Positions 12,460 through 24,404 are shown, counted from the stretch's first letter. The stretch: DNA of 64,000 bases from Eledone cirrhosa (GCA_964016885.1 OZ024742.1:232686001-232750000), one strand, 5' to 3'. Numbers and translations are program-made. Notes: generated from the letters alone by a model not told the origin.

Positions 12460-15400
12460 TTATTACGTGGGCCAATCATAAGTCAGCGGCCTATGCTATC
12501 ACTACATTTAGACCTGGTTGCCTTTCGATATGATGGATGGACTACGGAATTCTGGAGAGTTTGAAAAGAAAAAATCTGGACACACAGTGACAATGCCAAA
12601 GATAAAGACAAATCCACCTCATGCTGCCGGACAAGAATGCAAGGACTCCTCTTTATTTCGGCTGCGGATGGCTAACATAACCCCATCTCCCTCACCCTCC
12701 TCTCTGCGCCCCACCGTTCCCACCCTCCAAACGCAATCCAAAACTTCAGAGTTGGTACCATGAATGTAGGCACCTTAAAAGGTCGCTCTAACGAGGTTGT
12801 AGAAATGCTTGAACGTAAGGAGGTCGATGTTTGCTGTATTCAAGAGACCAGGTGGAGGGGTGGGTCTGCTAGATTCATTGTGGGTAAAGAACGATGCTAT
12901 AAGCTTTTCTGGGTGGGAAATGACAATGGGCTGGGTGGAGTAGGAATCATGGTAGCAGAATAGTGGGCAGATAAGATAATAGACGTAGAGTGAACGACAG
13001 AATAATTAAAATAAGACTTGTCCTCAATAGAACTACTGTGACAATAATTTCTGCATATGCACCACAATCCGGACTGCCTGGCATTATAAAAGACAGATTC
13101 TATGAGACGTTAATGCTCACTACCTCCCAAATAACCGACAGTGACTACATAGTTATCGCTGGCGACCTAAATGGTCACGTTGGACAACATTGTGACGGCT
13201 ATGACGGAATCCATGGAGGCTATAGGTTTGGTACTAGAAATGAGGAAGGCTCCAGAATCTTGGAATTCTGTGGCGCAAATAACCAAACTATCTGTAATAC
13301 TAACTCCAAAAAACGAGACAATCACTTGATCACCTATAGATCAGGGGAACACACCAGACAGGTAGATTATATCCTTACCAGAAGACGTGACAGAGTGTCT
13401 GTTCATCATCATCATCATCATTTTACGTCCGCTTTTCCCTACTTGCAAGGGTGGGACGTGTTTTATTCAGCACAGCATCTCTCCACTCGTCACGGTCCTT
13501 CGTCATCTCCACCGTGAGCTTCAATGATCTGAGGTCTGTTCTCACCAACTCCGCCCATGTTTTTCGTGGTTTACCTCTACCACGTCTTCCTTCAACTGGC
13601 ATTTCCTGGCACTTCTTCACCCATCGGTCATCCTCCATGCGCATCACATGTCCATACCACCTAAGTCTCCTCTCCTGTACACTACATTCTATCCCTCTCA
13701 GACACAGTTTCTCTCTCAACACATTTATGCTCGGTCGTTCACGCACATTTACACTGCACATCCAACGGAGCATGCTTGCCTCATTTCTCTCCAGCCGTCG
13801 CATATCCTCTGCAGTTGCTGCCCATGTCTCACTACCATGCAGCATCGTCCTCCTCACACAGGTATCATACAACCGGCCTTTTGTACGCAGGGAGAAACCC
13901 TTCTTCGTCAACAGAGGAAGCAGCTCCCTAAACTTCTTCCAACCCGTCCTTATTCTAGATACTATGGCCTCGGAACACCCTCCTCCCATGCTAATCTGAT
14001 CTCCTAGGTACCGGAAGCTATCCACCACTTCTATAGCGCCCTCCTGCATTTGAAAAATGTGTCTATCAATGCGACTTCTACTGTCTAATTTCCCTGTACA
14101 TCTACTGCATAGATATTGTAAACACTAAATCCCTCCCCCATGAAGAATGCACCTCTCAACATAGACTCATAATTAGCGACCTCGTAGTCAGGACGAGACG
14201 TACTCGACAACAGAAGAGGACTATCCTCAGGAGAAAAATATGGAAGCTAAAGGACCCCACAGCCAGTAATAAATTTAAAAGCATATTACTTGATGCTTTT
14301 GATAGTAAGGAAGAGCAATTAGAGTCGTACAATATAGAGGAACAGTGGGAATTCCTGAAAGCTAACCTGCTGAAGGCGACAGATGAAATCTGTGGCTGGA
14401 ACAGACCTATAGGCAGGAGGGGAGTAACTTGGTGATGGAACAGTAAGGTGGAGGGGTCAATCAAGGCCAAAAAGCAGGCTTAGAAATCATGGCAGGATGG
14501 GGGAAGTAGAGAAGACTATCAAGTGGCCAGGAGGGAAGCTAGGAGACAAGTGTACTTCGCAAGAAGGGAAGCAGAGAAAAGAAAGTTCAAGCATGTTCTA
14601 CAACGCGAGGACCAAAAACGTGAGGTGTTCAGGATTGCTAGGCAATGTGTCAAGGAAAACTGTGATATTGTCGGGGAGAAGTGTGTCCTTAATGATGATG
14701 GTGTACTTGCCATCATTGACGCTGATAAGAAGGTAGCTTGGAAGTGTTACTACGAAAGGCTACTAAATGAGGAGAATAATTGGGAGAAAGACAGTCTCCC
14801 CCACATCGATCCAATAGAGGGACCAGCAGTACAAGTTGAAGGTAGTATAATAAGTAAGGCGATCAAAAACATGAAGACAGGCAAGGCTGCTGAGCCTTCG
14901 GAAATAGTTGCTGAAATGCTGAAAGCATCTGGAACGGTGGGACACACTATGGTCACCCGGATAGTAAACCAAGTCATACAGAATGGGGTCATTTCGAAGG
15001 ACTGGTGCAGCAGCATCATCATTAACTGCTACAAGGGTAAAGAAGATGCCCTAGATAGGGAAAACTATAGAGGCATTAAATTAATTGACTAGGTCATGAA
15101 GGTCACGGAAAAAGTAATAGCGCAACTAATCAGAGAGCGAATTGATCTAGATGAAATACAGTTTGGGTTTGTGTCAGGTAAAAGTACAACAGACGTTCTT
15201 TTCATTGTATGACAACTACAGGAGAAGTACCTAGCTAAAAGTAAACGCCTATACTTAGCTTTTGTTGACTTGGAGAAAGCCTTTGACAGAGTACCCCGCT
15301 CGATTATCTGGCGGGCTCTTAGAAAACTAGGTGTTGATGAATGGCTTGTGAGAGCTATACAAGCCATGTATAAAGAAACAGTTAGCAAGGTTAGAATTAA

Positions 15401-16870
15401 CAACAAATATAGTGAAGAGTTTAGTGTAAAAGTTGGTGTTCATCAGGGCTCCGTCCTTAGCCCCCTACTATTTATTATTGCCCTTCAGGCTATAACAGAG
15501 GAATTCAAGACCGGCTGCCCATGGGAACTCCTATATGCAGATGATCTAACGCTCATAGCTGAATCAATGGCTGAACTAGAGAAGAAATTCCAAACATGGA
15601 AGCATGGTCTTGAATCAAAAGGCCTTAAAATTAACCTGTCTAAGACTAAAGTTCTAGTTTGTAGGAAGGAAAATAGGGCACTTCTCCCATCTGGGAAATG
15701 GCCATGCTCAGGAAAGGAGTAGGCAGAAACTCCATTTTATGTCCCAAATGCAAAGTATGGGTGCATAAAAGATGTAGTGGGATCACAGGTAAGCTAACTA
15801 AGAATATAGATTTTATATGTGGCCGGTGCTCAGTTGTAATAAGTAGCAGCAAGTACCCACAGAATACTAGCTCATTCCATTGCACAGATGGTTCTATAGA
15901 AATAGTGGACACCTTCCGTTACCTGGGTGACAAAATCAGCAGTGGTGGAGGGTGCTCTGAAAGTACAGTAGCTAGAGTCAGAACGTGATGGAAAAAGTTC
16001 AGAGAGCTTATACCACTATTGGCCGCTAAAGGGTTCTCTCTAAAAATGAAAGGCAGGCTGTATGATGCCTGCATACAAACAGCAATGTTACATGGCAGTG
16101 AGACCTGGGCATTGTGTGCAGAGGATCTACACAGACTGGAGAGGAACGAAGCTTGCATGCTCCGTTGGATGTGTAATAGTAATATACGTGAACGGCAAAG
16201 CATAAATGAACTAAGGGAGAAATTAGGAATAAGAGGAATCAGATGTTGTTTACTCGAGAGAAGACTACGTTGGTATGGTCACGTGATGCGCATGAAAGAC
16301 GACAGCTGTATAAAAAAGTGCAGGGCGATAAAAATAGACGGTAGCCACGGAGTAGGCAGACCCAGAAAAACCTGGGACGACTTGATAAATTCTGACCTCA
16401 CACACTTACACCTCTCCAAGACAATGTCACTGGACTGAGATCTTTGGCGCTACACAGTAATACAGAAGACCCGCCTTGCCTAAGTACAAAGCGAAACCTA
16501 CAGTCAGTAGGCATCTCTAACAAAAATACACCCCCGTCCCACCACCCCCACATCATCCACACCACCCCTTTCGATGTAAAGTTATGTTGGTACCTCAACA
16601 TCCAGTCCGAAACAAATGAGGTCGTGTAGGTGTCACGAAAAAAAAAACACACAGTCCACGCTGTAATGTGGCCGTGTAGGTAACACGGTAAAAACCTCCC
16701 AGTCCACACTGTAAATGTGGTTGGTGTTAGGAAGGGCATCCAGCCGTAGAAAACCCGCCAGACAGTTCTATACGAGCAAGACAACCATCTTGCCTCAAGT
16801 GGGAAAATTCCCGTCCAAACCCATGCAAGCGTGGAAGATGGACGTTAAACGATGATGATGATGATGATGA
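12460..16870 (+). mobile_element. Apparently full-length but disrupted RTE LINE, subfamily B
   Basis: APE endonuclease (GTMNVGTL, IQETRW, AYAPQ, GDLNGH) and RT motifs across several broken ORFs; 3' UTR and (GAT)n; 5' limit approximate. Confidence 0.95.
13403..14115 (-). mobile_element. RTE subfamily C fragment nested antisense in the subfamily B copy
   Basis: ORF 13423-14049; host sequence GTGTCTGTT|GTAAACACT split at this point. Confidence 0.92.
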
Positions 16871-17005
16871 TATATATATATATATATAAATGAGGGTCAG
16901 CTGAAAAGTTCAGAGGCTGTGTATTTTTCTCATCCTCCTTCCCGCCCCTGTTCAGTCTCCTTCTCACTCTTTATCTTTCTATTTCATCTTTTACTTCTAT
17001 TTTTA

Positions 17006-17041
17006 TCTGCTGATGAAGGACTAGTGTCCGAAACGTTAAGA
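17006..17041 (+). ncRNA. Minimal hammerhead ribozyme in a Penelope pLTR-like relic
   Basis: CTGATGA-A-GGACtagtGTCC-GAAA-CG-TT; canonical core, weak stem I (TCT/AGA). Confidence 0.7.
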
Positions 17042-18299
17042 CACTTTTCCTGTCATTTCAAGCGTTAAACTAATATATTTCTTCAATGTACTTTGTTGTT
17101 TGCTTTGTTATTTCTGTTTACTTTACGCACTCACACACACACACACATACACACACATATATGTGTGTGTGTGTGTGTGTGTATAGGCCTGTCATTCATG
17201 ATAGAGTCGTGGGGACGTCATAGTGATATACAGCATTTCTTGGGCATTTTAAACCAGGCGGAGACCATCCCTTCTCCAGGTCTGAACCCAGACGAATTCT
17301 TCCAGAGAAGGAGAGAGCTAAGAACGAGGTACAGAATACTGGACTGGTACATTATTTATGAACCTCGAAATGATGTATGGCAAAGTTAACCTCAGCAGGT
17401 TTTGAACTTAGAGCGCAGAGAGCTGTAACGATTGCTGTATATATATCTAAAGAATTTATTACAAATAGAAAAAAATATATATTTTGAAAGTTATACTGTT
17501 TATGGTGGTATAGCTAAATTTTAAGTTATTCGGGTAGCTCTTTCAGTTTGCTTTCGCCTATCACATATCGAAAGTAACCCAAAGATTCACACATACCAGA
17601 TCTCCCCCTCCTTCTCTATCTATGCCATTGGCTGTTTATAACGGTGCCAAAGCTTGCCAAAAGCCACTCTTGATGAACAGTGAATTTCCAAGAGTAAGTG
17701 AAAATAGATCCTGAATTCTTTCCCCTCCAAAGGACCTGTATACTTTAAGCTGATACATTCAATGAATTAACAAAAACCGTAGTAATTTCAAATGACTTTA
17801 ATTGAATTGAATTTAAACAAATACACTTATCAAGAACATTAGCATTATCAAATGTTGAATATATGCAAGCACATGAAGAAAGAAAGCAAAGCAGTGTAGA
17901 AGTACATGGTGGTAAATATGGTGAAGAAGTATGTTTCAGACCTGCCAAACTCTAAAAACCCAAACAGGGAGAACCATGAAAAAAAGTGCCCTAAAATGGG
18001 GAGGAATGAGGCAAAATGGGTAGATTTTACATAATGAAAGCTATACCCATTTTCCCAAGAGAAGACATCTCTCACCCATCCCAAAGTGGGTGGGAGATCT
18101 CCCTGTCAGATGAGGAGAGTTGACAGGTTTGGTGTTTTTAGACTGTAGTAAAAGGCAGTACATATTAGTGTATTATTAAGCTAAAATTGTTCAAGCAATA
18201 CATTTATTGAACTGTAAAAGTAAACATGGGCGTAGATGAAATATGAATCAATAAAAGGAAAAAAAAAAAACATAAAGGACATATTTTTGTGATGTCAAA

Positions 18300-18760
18300 T
18301 ATTGATGCCAAGACTGTCCCCTCTCGTCCCTATTGTATGAACTGACACTCGAGCCACTACTCAAATTAGAGACTTTGAGGGGCATCCCGCGTGAAGTAGG
18401 ACATGAAAGATCTGTGTTGGCTTATGCCGATGACGTCACAATCAAAGTGTCAAACACCAAACACATTGAGGTGATTGGCACTGCTCTGAAGGAATACGAA
18501 GCACTTATGGGAGTGAAAATTAACCAGAAAAGTCTGTGGGCCTGCAACTCAGTACATGGAGAGGCAGGTCAATGCTTTCCAATACATGCTATTGGATGGA
18601 CGGGCCTGTTAGATTGCGCAGGGTCATTTTCTGTCACTACCTCCGGATGGACAGAAACTGTGACGAGGTGATGAACAGAGTGGTCAATCTCACCCAGAAA
18701 TGGACCGAGAGAAAGTTGTTCCTGAAAGGTAGGGGGGCGGTGGCAAATATCCATTTCCTT
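18300..18760 (+). mobile_element. L1/Tx1-like RT fragment
   Basis: CPLSSLLYELTLEPLL and AYADDVT motifs, later W...LFLKGR. Confidence 0.75.
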
Positions 18761-18848
18761 TTCCTTTTCATCTTACTTACTCTATGATTACTTGTCAGCG
18801 CACATTACAACCCACAATATAATGTATGTGTTTATATAAGTATACCTA

Positions 18849-18888
<40 letters not shown>

Positions 18889-19058
18889 GATATAGAGAGA
18901 GATTGTACAAGTGCGATTTAGTTATGAGGTAGGTTTTGCATTTTAATTTATCCTTTTAATTATGTTTCCCCTACACCTCTCTTAGCTTATATTCTCTTCA
19001 CGCTGGTGGTTAAAATCCTGTAAATGTAAACACACTCTCCTGTATTTTTCCTCTCTAT

Positions 19059-19104
<46 letters not shown>

Positions 19105-19107
<3 letters not shown>

Positions 19108-19247
19108 TTATTAAAATAACAGATTAAAGTTTAAGTAAAGAATGGCTACTTTCACCCTTAATGGGATCTTCTGAAACTTAGAAGATCCCGTTAAGGGTGA
19201 AAGCAGCGATTCTTTGCTTAAACTTTAATCTGTTATTTTAATAAATA
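19105..19247. mobile_element. 143-bp near-perfect palindrome made of two hammerhead-bearing arms
   Basis: TATTTATTAAAATAACAGATTAAAGTTTAAG.. mirrored; adjoins (TA)n. Confidence 0.85.
19127..19179 (-). ncRNA. Hammerhead-like motif, variant core CAGAAGA
   Basis: AAGTTT-CAGAAGA-TCCCattaaGGGT-GAAA-GTAGccattctTTAC-TT-AAACTT; the other arm has GCAG/TTGC in stem III. Confidence 0.6.
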
Positions 19248-19369
19248 TTTGCTCTACGGTTCTTATATATTTGATATATATTTATCCTTATCGAGCCCTC
19301 TTTGGATTTTAGTCTTCAAATTTATTATTATTACTATATATATATATGTATATATCTATCTATCTCTAT

Positions 19370-19905
19370 CTAAGGTGGGTAAAATTCCCGAGATCCATGG
19401 ACGAGTTCTCTCCAGCGGTCTCTGTCCCTCATTATCGCTGCCATGTCCTGCGTCTCCAACAGACCAGTGTCTGTCCTTAGGGCATCAACATACGTTAACC
19501 TTGGTCTTCCTCTTCTAGTGTGTCCATGTAGGGGCTCCCACAGGAGCATTGAGTGCAATGTCAACTCTGAATGTCGGTGAGCATGTCCAGCTAACCTCAG
19601 TCTCCTCTGTGTCACTTTTGAGCTGACTTTTGGGATGCTCCCATACAGCTCTGAGTTTTTCATCCTCAGTGTATACTGATTAATGTTCAGAGCCATCCTC
19701 AGCATTCTCGTGTAGCACCCATCCACTATCTGAGTGAGTTTCTTGGTCAGTGTCCAAGGCTCAGACCCGCACAGCAGCACAGACTCCACTACAGCAATGA
19801 AGAGGCGGCTTTTCAGGTCTTTACGAAGGTTTGACTTCCACACCGATCTCAAGCTGTGGCACGCCGCCCAGGCTTTGCTCTTCCTCTCAACCACATCATC
19901 TTCCG
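19370..19905 (-). mobile_element. 3' fragment of a distinct RTE/RTEX-like LINE
   Basis: VESVLLCGSEPWTL..DGCYTRMLR..RRLRLAGH..RGRPRLTY. Confidence 0.85.
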
Positions 19906-20265
19906 TATTCCCAATCTTTGCTCCTAGGGTATTTTTTTTTTATCTATACAAAAAATACCCTACCATTACAACCACCATAATACTCTTGCTTACCCGTTTA
20001 AAGTGCTTGCATTACATGTAACACCTTGCCACACAATAATCGTATATAAATGAGACACACTTGCATGCTCCATGTGTGACTAAGCATACACTATCTACTA
20101 GATCTGATTATCAAACTAACCCCTTACATTATCTGTGTTATCTGCTGCATGTATTTTAATTTTAATTTTAATTTTGATTTTGATTTTAAATTTTAATTGC
20201 TGTACAAATATAGTATAGTATAATATATGTCACTCCACTGTACATCAATATATATATATATGTAT

Positions 20266-20641
20266 GGCAAGCATGCTCCGTTGGATGTGCAGTGTAAATG
20301 TGCGTGAACGACCCAGCATAAATGTGTTGAGAGAGAAACTGTGTCTGAGAGGGATAGAATGTAGTGTACGGGAGAGGAGACTGAGGTGGTATGGACATGT
20401 GATGCGCATGGAGGATGACCGATGGGTGAAGAAGTGCCAGGAAATGCCAGTTGAAGGAAGACGTGGTAGAGGTAGACCACGAAAAACATGGGTGGAGGTG
20501 GTGAGAACAGACCTCAGATCATTGAAGCTCACGGTGGAGATGACGAGAGACCGTGACGAGTGGAGAGATGCTGTGCTGAATAAGACCCGTCCCACCCTTG
20601 CAAGCAGGGAAAAGCGGACGTAAAATGATGATGATGATGAT
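20266..20641 (+). mobile_element. RTE subfamily C 3' fragment
   Basis: ORF 20264-20623 nearly identical to the 13423 copy; (GAT)n tail. Confidence 0.92.
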
Positions 20642-20701
20642 GTATCTGTATGTCTCCTGCATTGGATAGGAAGTCAATTATATGTACAAACATTGAAAAA
20701 T

Positions 20702-20746
20702 GCTCCGAAGACTCCAAGCCTAGGTTTGGATGAAACAATTGTAAGT
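20702..20746 (+). ncRNA. Minimal hammerhead, variant core CCGAAGA (second copy)
   Basis: GCT-CCGAAGA-C-TCCAAGCCtaGGTTTGGA-T-GAAA-CAATTG-TA-AGT. Confidence 0.65.
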
Positions 20747-20807
20747 GAATAAATGCTTTGAACATAGCTTTGATTCTTGTGAATTCTATATATATATATA
20801 TATATTT

Positions 20808-20980
20808 AATATAGAAATGGTCTCTTCAAGACTAGAACTGTTTCATTCAGGAGAAATCATTAGGAATGAAACAGTTCTAGTCCTGTAGAAGCCATTTCTA
20901 TATTATATATTTATACTCTGCTATGTATTGAGTAGCTTACTTACTGTGGTTACCCCTGATTGAACCTGGGATAAACTTAT
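20808..20980. mobile_element. Fold-back mini-element with decayed hammerhead, in (TA)n
   Basis: Arms TAATATAGAAATGG..GACTAGAACTGTTTCATTC mirrored; minus strand CTAATGA-TTTCtcctGAAT-GAAA-CAG-TT; tail CTATGTATTGAGTA. Confidence 0.7.
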
Positions 20981-20988
20981 ATATATAT

Positions 20989-23900
20989 CATCATCATCAT
21001 CATCATCATCAACGTTTAACGTCCGTGTTCCACGCTTGCATGGGTTTGGACGGGGGTAGTCCCACTTGAGGCAATAGTGATTATTTTGCTCGCATAGGAC
21101 TGTCTGGCAGGTTTTCTACAGTTGGATGCCCTTCCTAACACCAACCACATTTACAGTGTGGGTCTGGGAGGTTTTTACCGTGTTGCCTACACGGCCACAT
21201 TACAGCGTGGACTGTGTGTTTTTTGACGTGACACCTACACGATCTCATTTGTTTCGGCCTGGATGGCGCGGCACCAACATAACTTTACATAGAACGGGGT
21301 GGTGTGGATGGGGTGGGGGTGGTGGCGGGACGGGGTGGTGTGGATGGGGTGGGGGGGTGGCGGGACGGGGTGTATTTTGTTAGAGATGCCTACTGGCAAG
21401 GCGGGTCTTCTCTGTTACTGAGTACCGCCAAAGGTCTCGGTCCAGTGACATTGTCTTGGAGAGGTGTAAGTGTGTGAGGTCGGAGTTTATCAGCTCATCC
21501 CATGTTTTTCTAGGTCTGCCTATTCCGTGGCTACCGTCTATCTTTATTGCCCTGCACTTTGTTATACAGCTATCGACTTTCATGCGCATCACGTGTCCAT
21601 ACCAACGCAGCCTTCTCTCGAGTAAACAACATCTGATCCCTCTTATCTCTAATTTTTTCCTTAGTTCGTTTATGCTTTGCCGTTCACGTATATTACTGTT
21701 ACACATCCAGCGGAGCATGCAAGCTTCGTTCCTCTCTAGTCTGCGTATATCCTCTGCACACAATGCCCAGGTCTCACTACCATGCAACATTGCTGTTCGT
21801 ATGCAGGCATCGTACAACCTGCCTTTCATTTTTAGGGAGAACCCTTTAGCAGCTAATAGTGGTATAAGCTCTCTGAACTTTTTCCAACCAGTTCTGACTC
21901 TAGCTACAGTACTTTCAGAGCACCCTCCCCCACTGCTGATTTTATCGCCCAGGTAACGGAAGCTGTCCACTATTTCTATAGAACCCTCTGCGCAATTGAA
22001 AGAGCTAGTATTTTGTGGGCACTTGCTGCTACTTATTGCACCAGAACACCGGCCACATGTAAAATCTATGTTCTTAGTTAGCTTACCTGTGATCCCACTA
22101 CATCTTTTATGAACCCAAACTTTGCATTTAGGACATAAAATGGAGTTTCTACCTACGCCTTTCCTACACACCGAGCACGACCATTTCCCAGAAGGGACCG
22201 CCGCCTTGTTTTCTTTCCTACAAACTAGAACTTTGGTCTTAGCCAGGTTAATTTTAAGTCCCTTTGACTCTAGGCCGTGCTTCCATGTTTGGAATTTCTT
22301 CTCTAGCTCGGCCATTGATTCCGCTATGAGTGTCAGGTCGTCTGCGTATAGGAGTTCCCATGGGCAGCCTGTCTTGAACTCCTCTGTTATAGCCTGAAGG
22401 GCAATAATAAATAGTAGGGGGCTGAGAACAGAGCCCTGATGGACGCCAACTTTTACGCTAAATTCTTCACTATATTCGTTGTTAATTCTAACCTTGCTGA
22501 CTGTTTCTTTATACATGGCTTGTATAGCCCTCACAAGCCATTCGTCAACGCCTAGTTTTCTAAGAGCCCACCAGATAATGGAGCGGGGGACTCTGTCGAA
22601 GGCTTTCTCCAGGTCGACAAAAGCTAAGTAGAGGGGTCTACCTTTAGCTAGGTACTTCTCCTGTAGTTGTCGTACTATGAAAAGGGCGTCTGTGGTGCTT
22701 TTGCCTGACACAAACCCGAACTGCATTTCATCTAGGTCAATTCTCTCTCTGATTAGTTGCGCTATTACTTTTTCCGTGACCTTCATGACCTGGTCGATTA
22801 ATTTAATGCCTCTATAGTTACTCCTATCTAGGGCGTCTCCTTTACCCTTATAACAGTTAACGATGATGCTGCTATGCCAGTCCTTCGGAACAACCCCATT
22901 CTGTACGACTTGGTTAACTATGCGGGTGACCATGGTGTGTCCCACCGTGCCAGATGCCTTCAGCATCTCAGCAACTATTTCCGAAGGCCCAGCCGCCTTA
23001 CCCGTCTTCATATCCTTGATTGCCTTACTTATTATACTCCCCTCGACTAACACTGCTGGTCCCTCTATTGGATCGATATAGGGGAGACTGTCTTTCTCCC
23101 ATTTATTCTCCTCATTTAGTAGCCTTTCATAGTGACACTTCCAAGCTACCTTCTTATCAGTGTCGGTGATGGCAAGTACGCCATCATCGTTAAGTACACA
23201 CTTCTCCCCAACAATATCACGGTTTTCCTTGACACATTGCCTGGCAATCCTGAACACCTCACGTTTTTGGTCATCGCGTTGTAGAACATGCTTGAACTTT
23301 CTTTCCTCAGCTTCCCTTCTTGCTAAGTACACTTCTCTCCTAGCTTCCCTCCTGGCCACTTGATAGTCTACTCTACTTCCCCCATCCCGCCATACTTTCC
23401 AAGCCTGCTTTTTGGCCTTAATTGACCCCTCCACCCTACTGTTCCACCACCAAGTTACTCTCCTCCTGCCTACAGGCCTGCTCCAGCCACAGACTTCGCC
23501 TGTCGCCAACAGCAGGTTTGCTTTCAGAAATTCCCACTGTCCCTCTATATTGTCCGATTCTAGATGCTCTTCCTTACTGTCGAAAGCATCAAGTAATATG
23601 CTTTGAAATTTATTTCTGGCTGTGGGGTCCTTTAGTTTCCATATTTTCCTCCTGAGGATAGTCCTCTTCTGCTGTCGAGTACGTCTCGTCCTGACTATGA
23701 GGTCGCTAATTATCAGTCTATGTTGGGAGGTGCATTCTTCATGGGGGAGGGATTTAGTGTTTACAACAGACACTCTGTCACGTCTTCTGGTAAGGATATA
23801 ATCTACCTGGCTTGTGTGTTCCCCTGATCTATAGGTGATCAGGTGATTGTCACGTTTTTTGAAGTTAGTGTTACAGATAGTTAGGTTATTTGCATCACAG

Positions 23901-24382
23901 AATTCCAGGATTCTGGAGCCTCCCTCATTTCTAGTACCAAACCCATAGCCTCCATGGATTTCGTCGTAGCCGTCACAATGTTGTCCAACGTGACCATTTA
24001 GGTCGCCTGCAATAATTATATAGTCACTGTCAGATATTTGGGAGGTAGTTAGCAACAGTGTCTCATAGAATCTGTCTTTTATAGTGCCGGGCAGTCCGGA
24101 TTGGGGTGCGTACGCAGATATTACTGTCACCGTAGTTTTATTGAGGACAAGTCTTATTTTAATTATTCTGTCGTTCACTCTATTTACGTCTATTATCTTA
24201 TCTGCCCACTTTTCTGCTACCATGATTCCTACTCCACCCAGCCCATCGTCGTTTCCCACCCAGAAAAGCTTATAACATCGTTTTTTACCCTCAATGAATC
24301 CAGCAGACCCACCCCTCCACCTGGTCTCTTGAATACAACAAACATCGACCTCCTTACGTTCAAGCATTTCTACAACCTCGTT
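20989..24382 (-). mobile_element. Young RTE LINE, subfamily B, slightly 5'-truncated
   Basis: Uninterrupted EN-RT frame, complete 3' UTR and (GAT)n tail; (TA)n on both sides. Confidence 0.97.
21380..24382 (-). CDS. RTE polyprotein (APE endonuclease, RT with inserted PHD-like finger), 1000 codons open
   Basis: IQETRW, GDLNGH, VDY, SQHR; YRGIKL, DLEKAFD, QGSVLSP, YADD, FRYLG; the first 55 aa of the listed ORF are flank read-through. Confidence 0.93.
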   Translation of the reverse strand, partial: NEVVEMLERKEVDVCCIQETRWRGGSAGFIEGKKRCYKLFWVGNDDGLGGVGIMVAEKWADKIIDVNRVNDRIIKIRLVLNKTTVTVISAYAPQSGLPGTIKDRFYETLLLTTSQISDSDYIIIAGDLNGHVGQHCDGYDEIHGGYGFGTRNEGGSRILEFCDANNLTICNTNFKKRDNHLITYRSGEHTSQVDYILTRRRDRVSVVNTKSLPHEECTSQHRLIISDLIVRTRRTRQQKRTILRRKIWKLKDPTARNKFQSILLDAFDSKEEHLESDNIEGQWEFLKANLLLATGEVCGWSRPVGRRRVTWWWNSRVEGSIKAKKQAWKVWRDGGSRVDYQVARREARREVYLARREAEERKFKHVLQRDDQKREVFRIARQCVKENRDIVGEKCVLNDDGVLAITDTDKKVAWKCHYERLLNEENKWEKDSLPYIDPIEGPAVLVEGSIISKAIKDMKTGKAAGPSEIVAEMLKASGTVGHTMVTRIVNQVVQNGVVPKDWHSSIIVNCYKGKGDALDRSNYRGIKLIDQVMKVTEKVIAQLIRERIDLDEMQFGFVSGKSTTDALFIVRQLQEKYLAKGRPLYLAFVDLEKAFDRVPRSIIWWALRKLGVDEWLVRAIQAMYKETVSKVRINNEYSEEFSVKVGVHQGSVLSPLLFIIALQAITEEFKTGCPWELLYADDLTLIAESMAELEKKFQTWKHGLESKGLKINLAKTKVLVCRKENKAAVPSGKWSCSVCRKGVGRNSILCPKCKVWVHKRCSGITGKLTKNIDFTCGRCSGAISSSKCPQNTSSFNCAEGSIEIVDSFRYLGDKISSGGGCSESTVARVRTGWKKFRELIPLLAAKGFSLKMKGRLYDACIRTAMLHGSETWALCAEDIRRLERNEACMLRWMCNSNIRERQSINELRKKLEIRGIRCCLLERRLRWYGHVMRMKVDSCITKCRAIKIDGSHGIGRPRKTWDELINSDLTHLHLSKTMSLDRDLWRYSVTEKTRLASRHL

Positions 24383-24404
24383 ATATATATATATATATAT
24401 ACAT

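Larger units (their letters stand above)
19930..20790 (+). mobile_element. Second copy of the 7030-7650 pLTR-like repeat, interrupted by an RTE fragment
   Basis: Similarity at 20040-20200 and 20640-20790. Confidence 0.6.
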
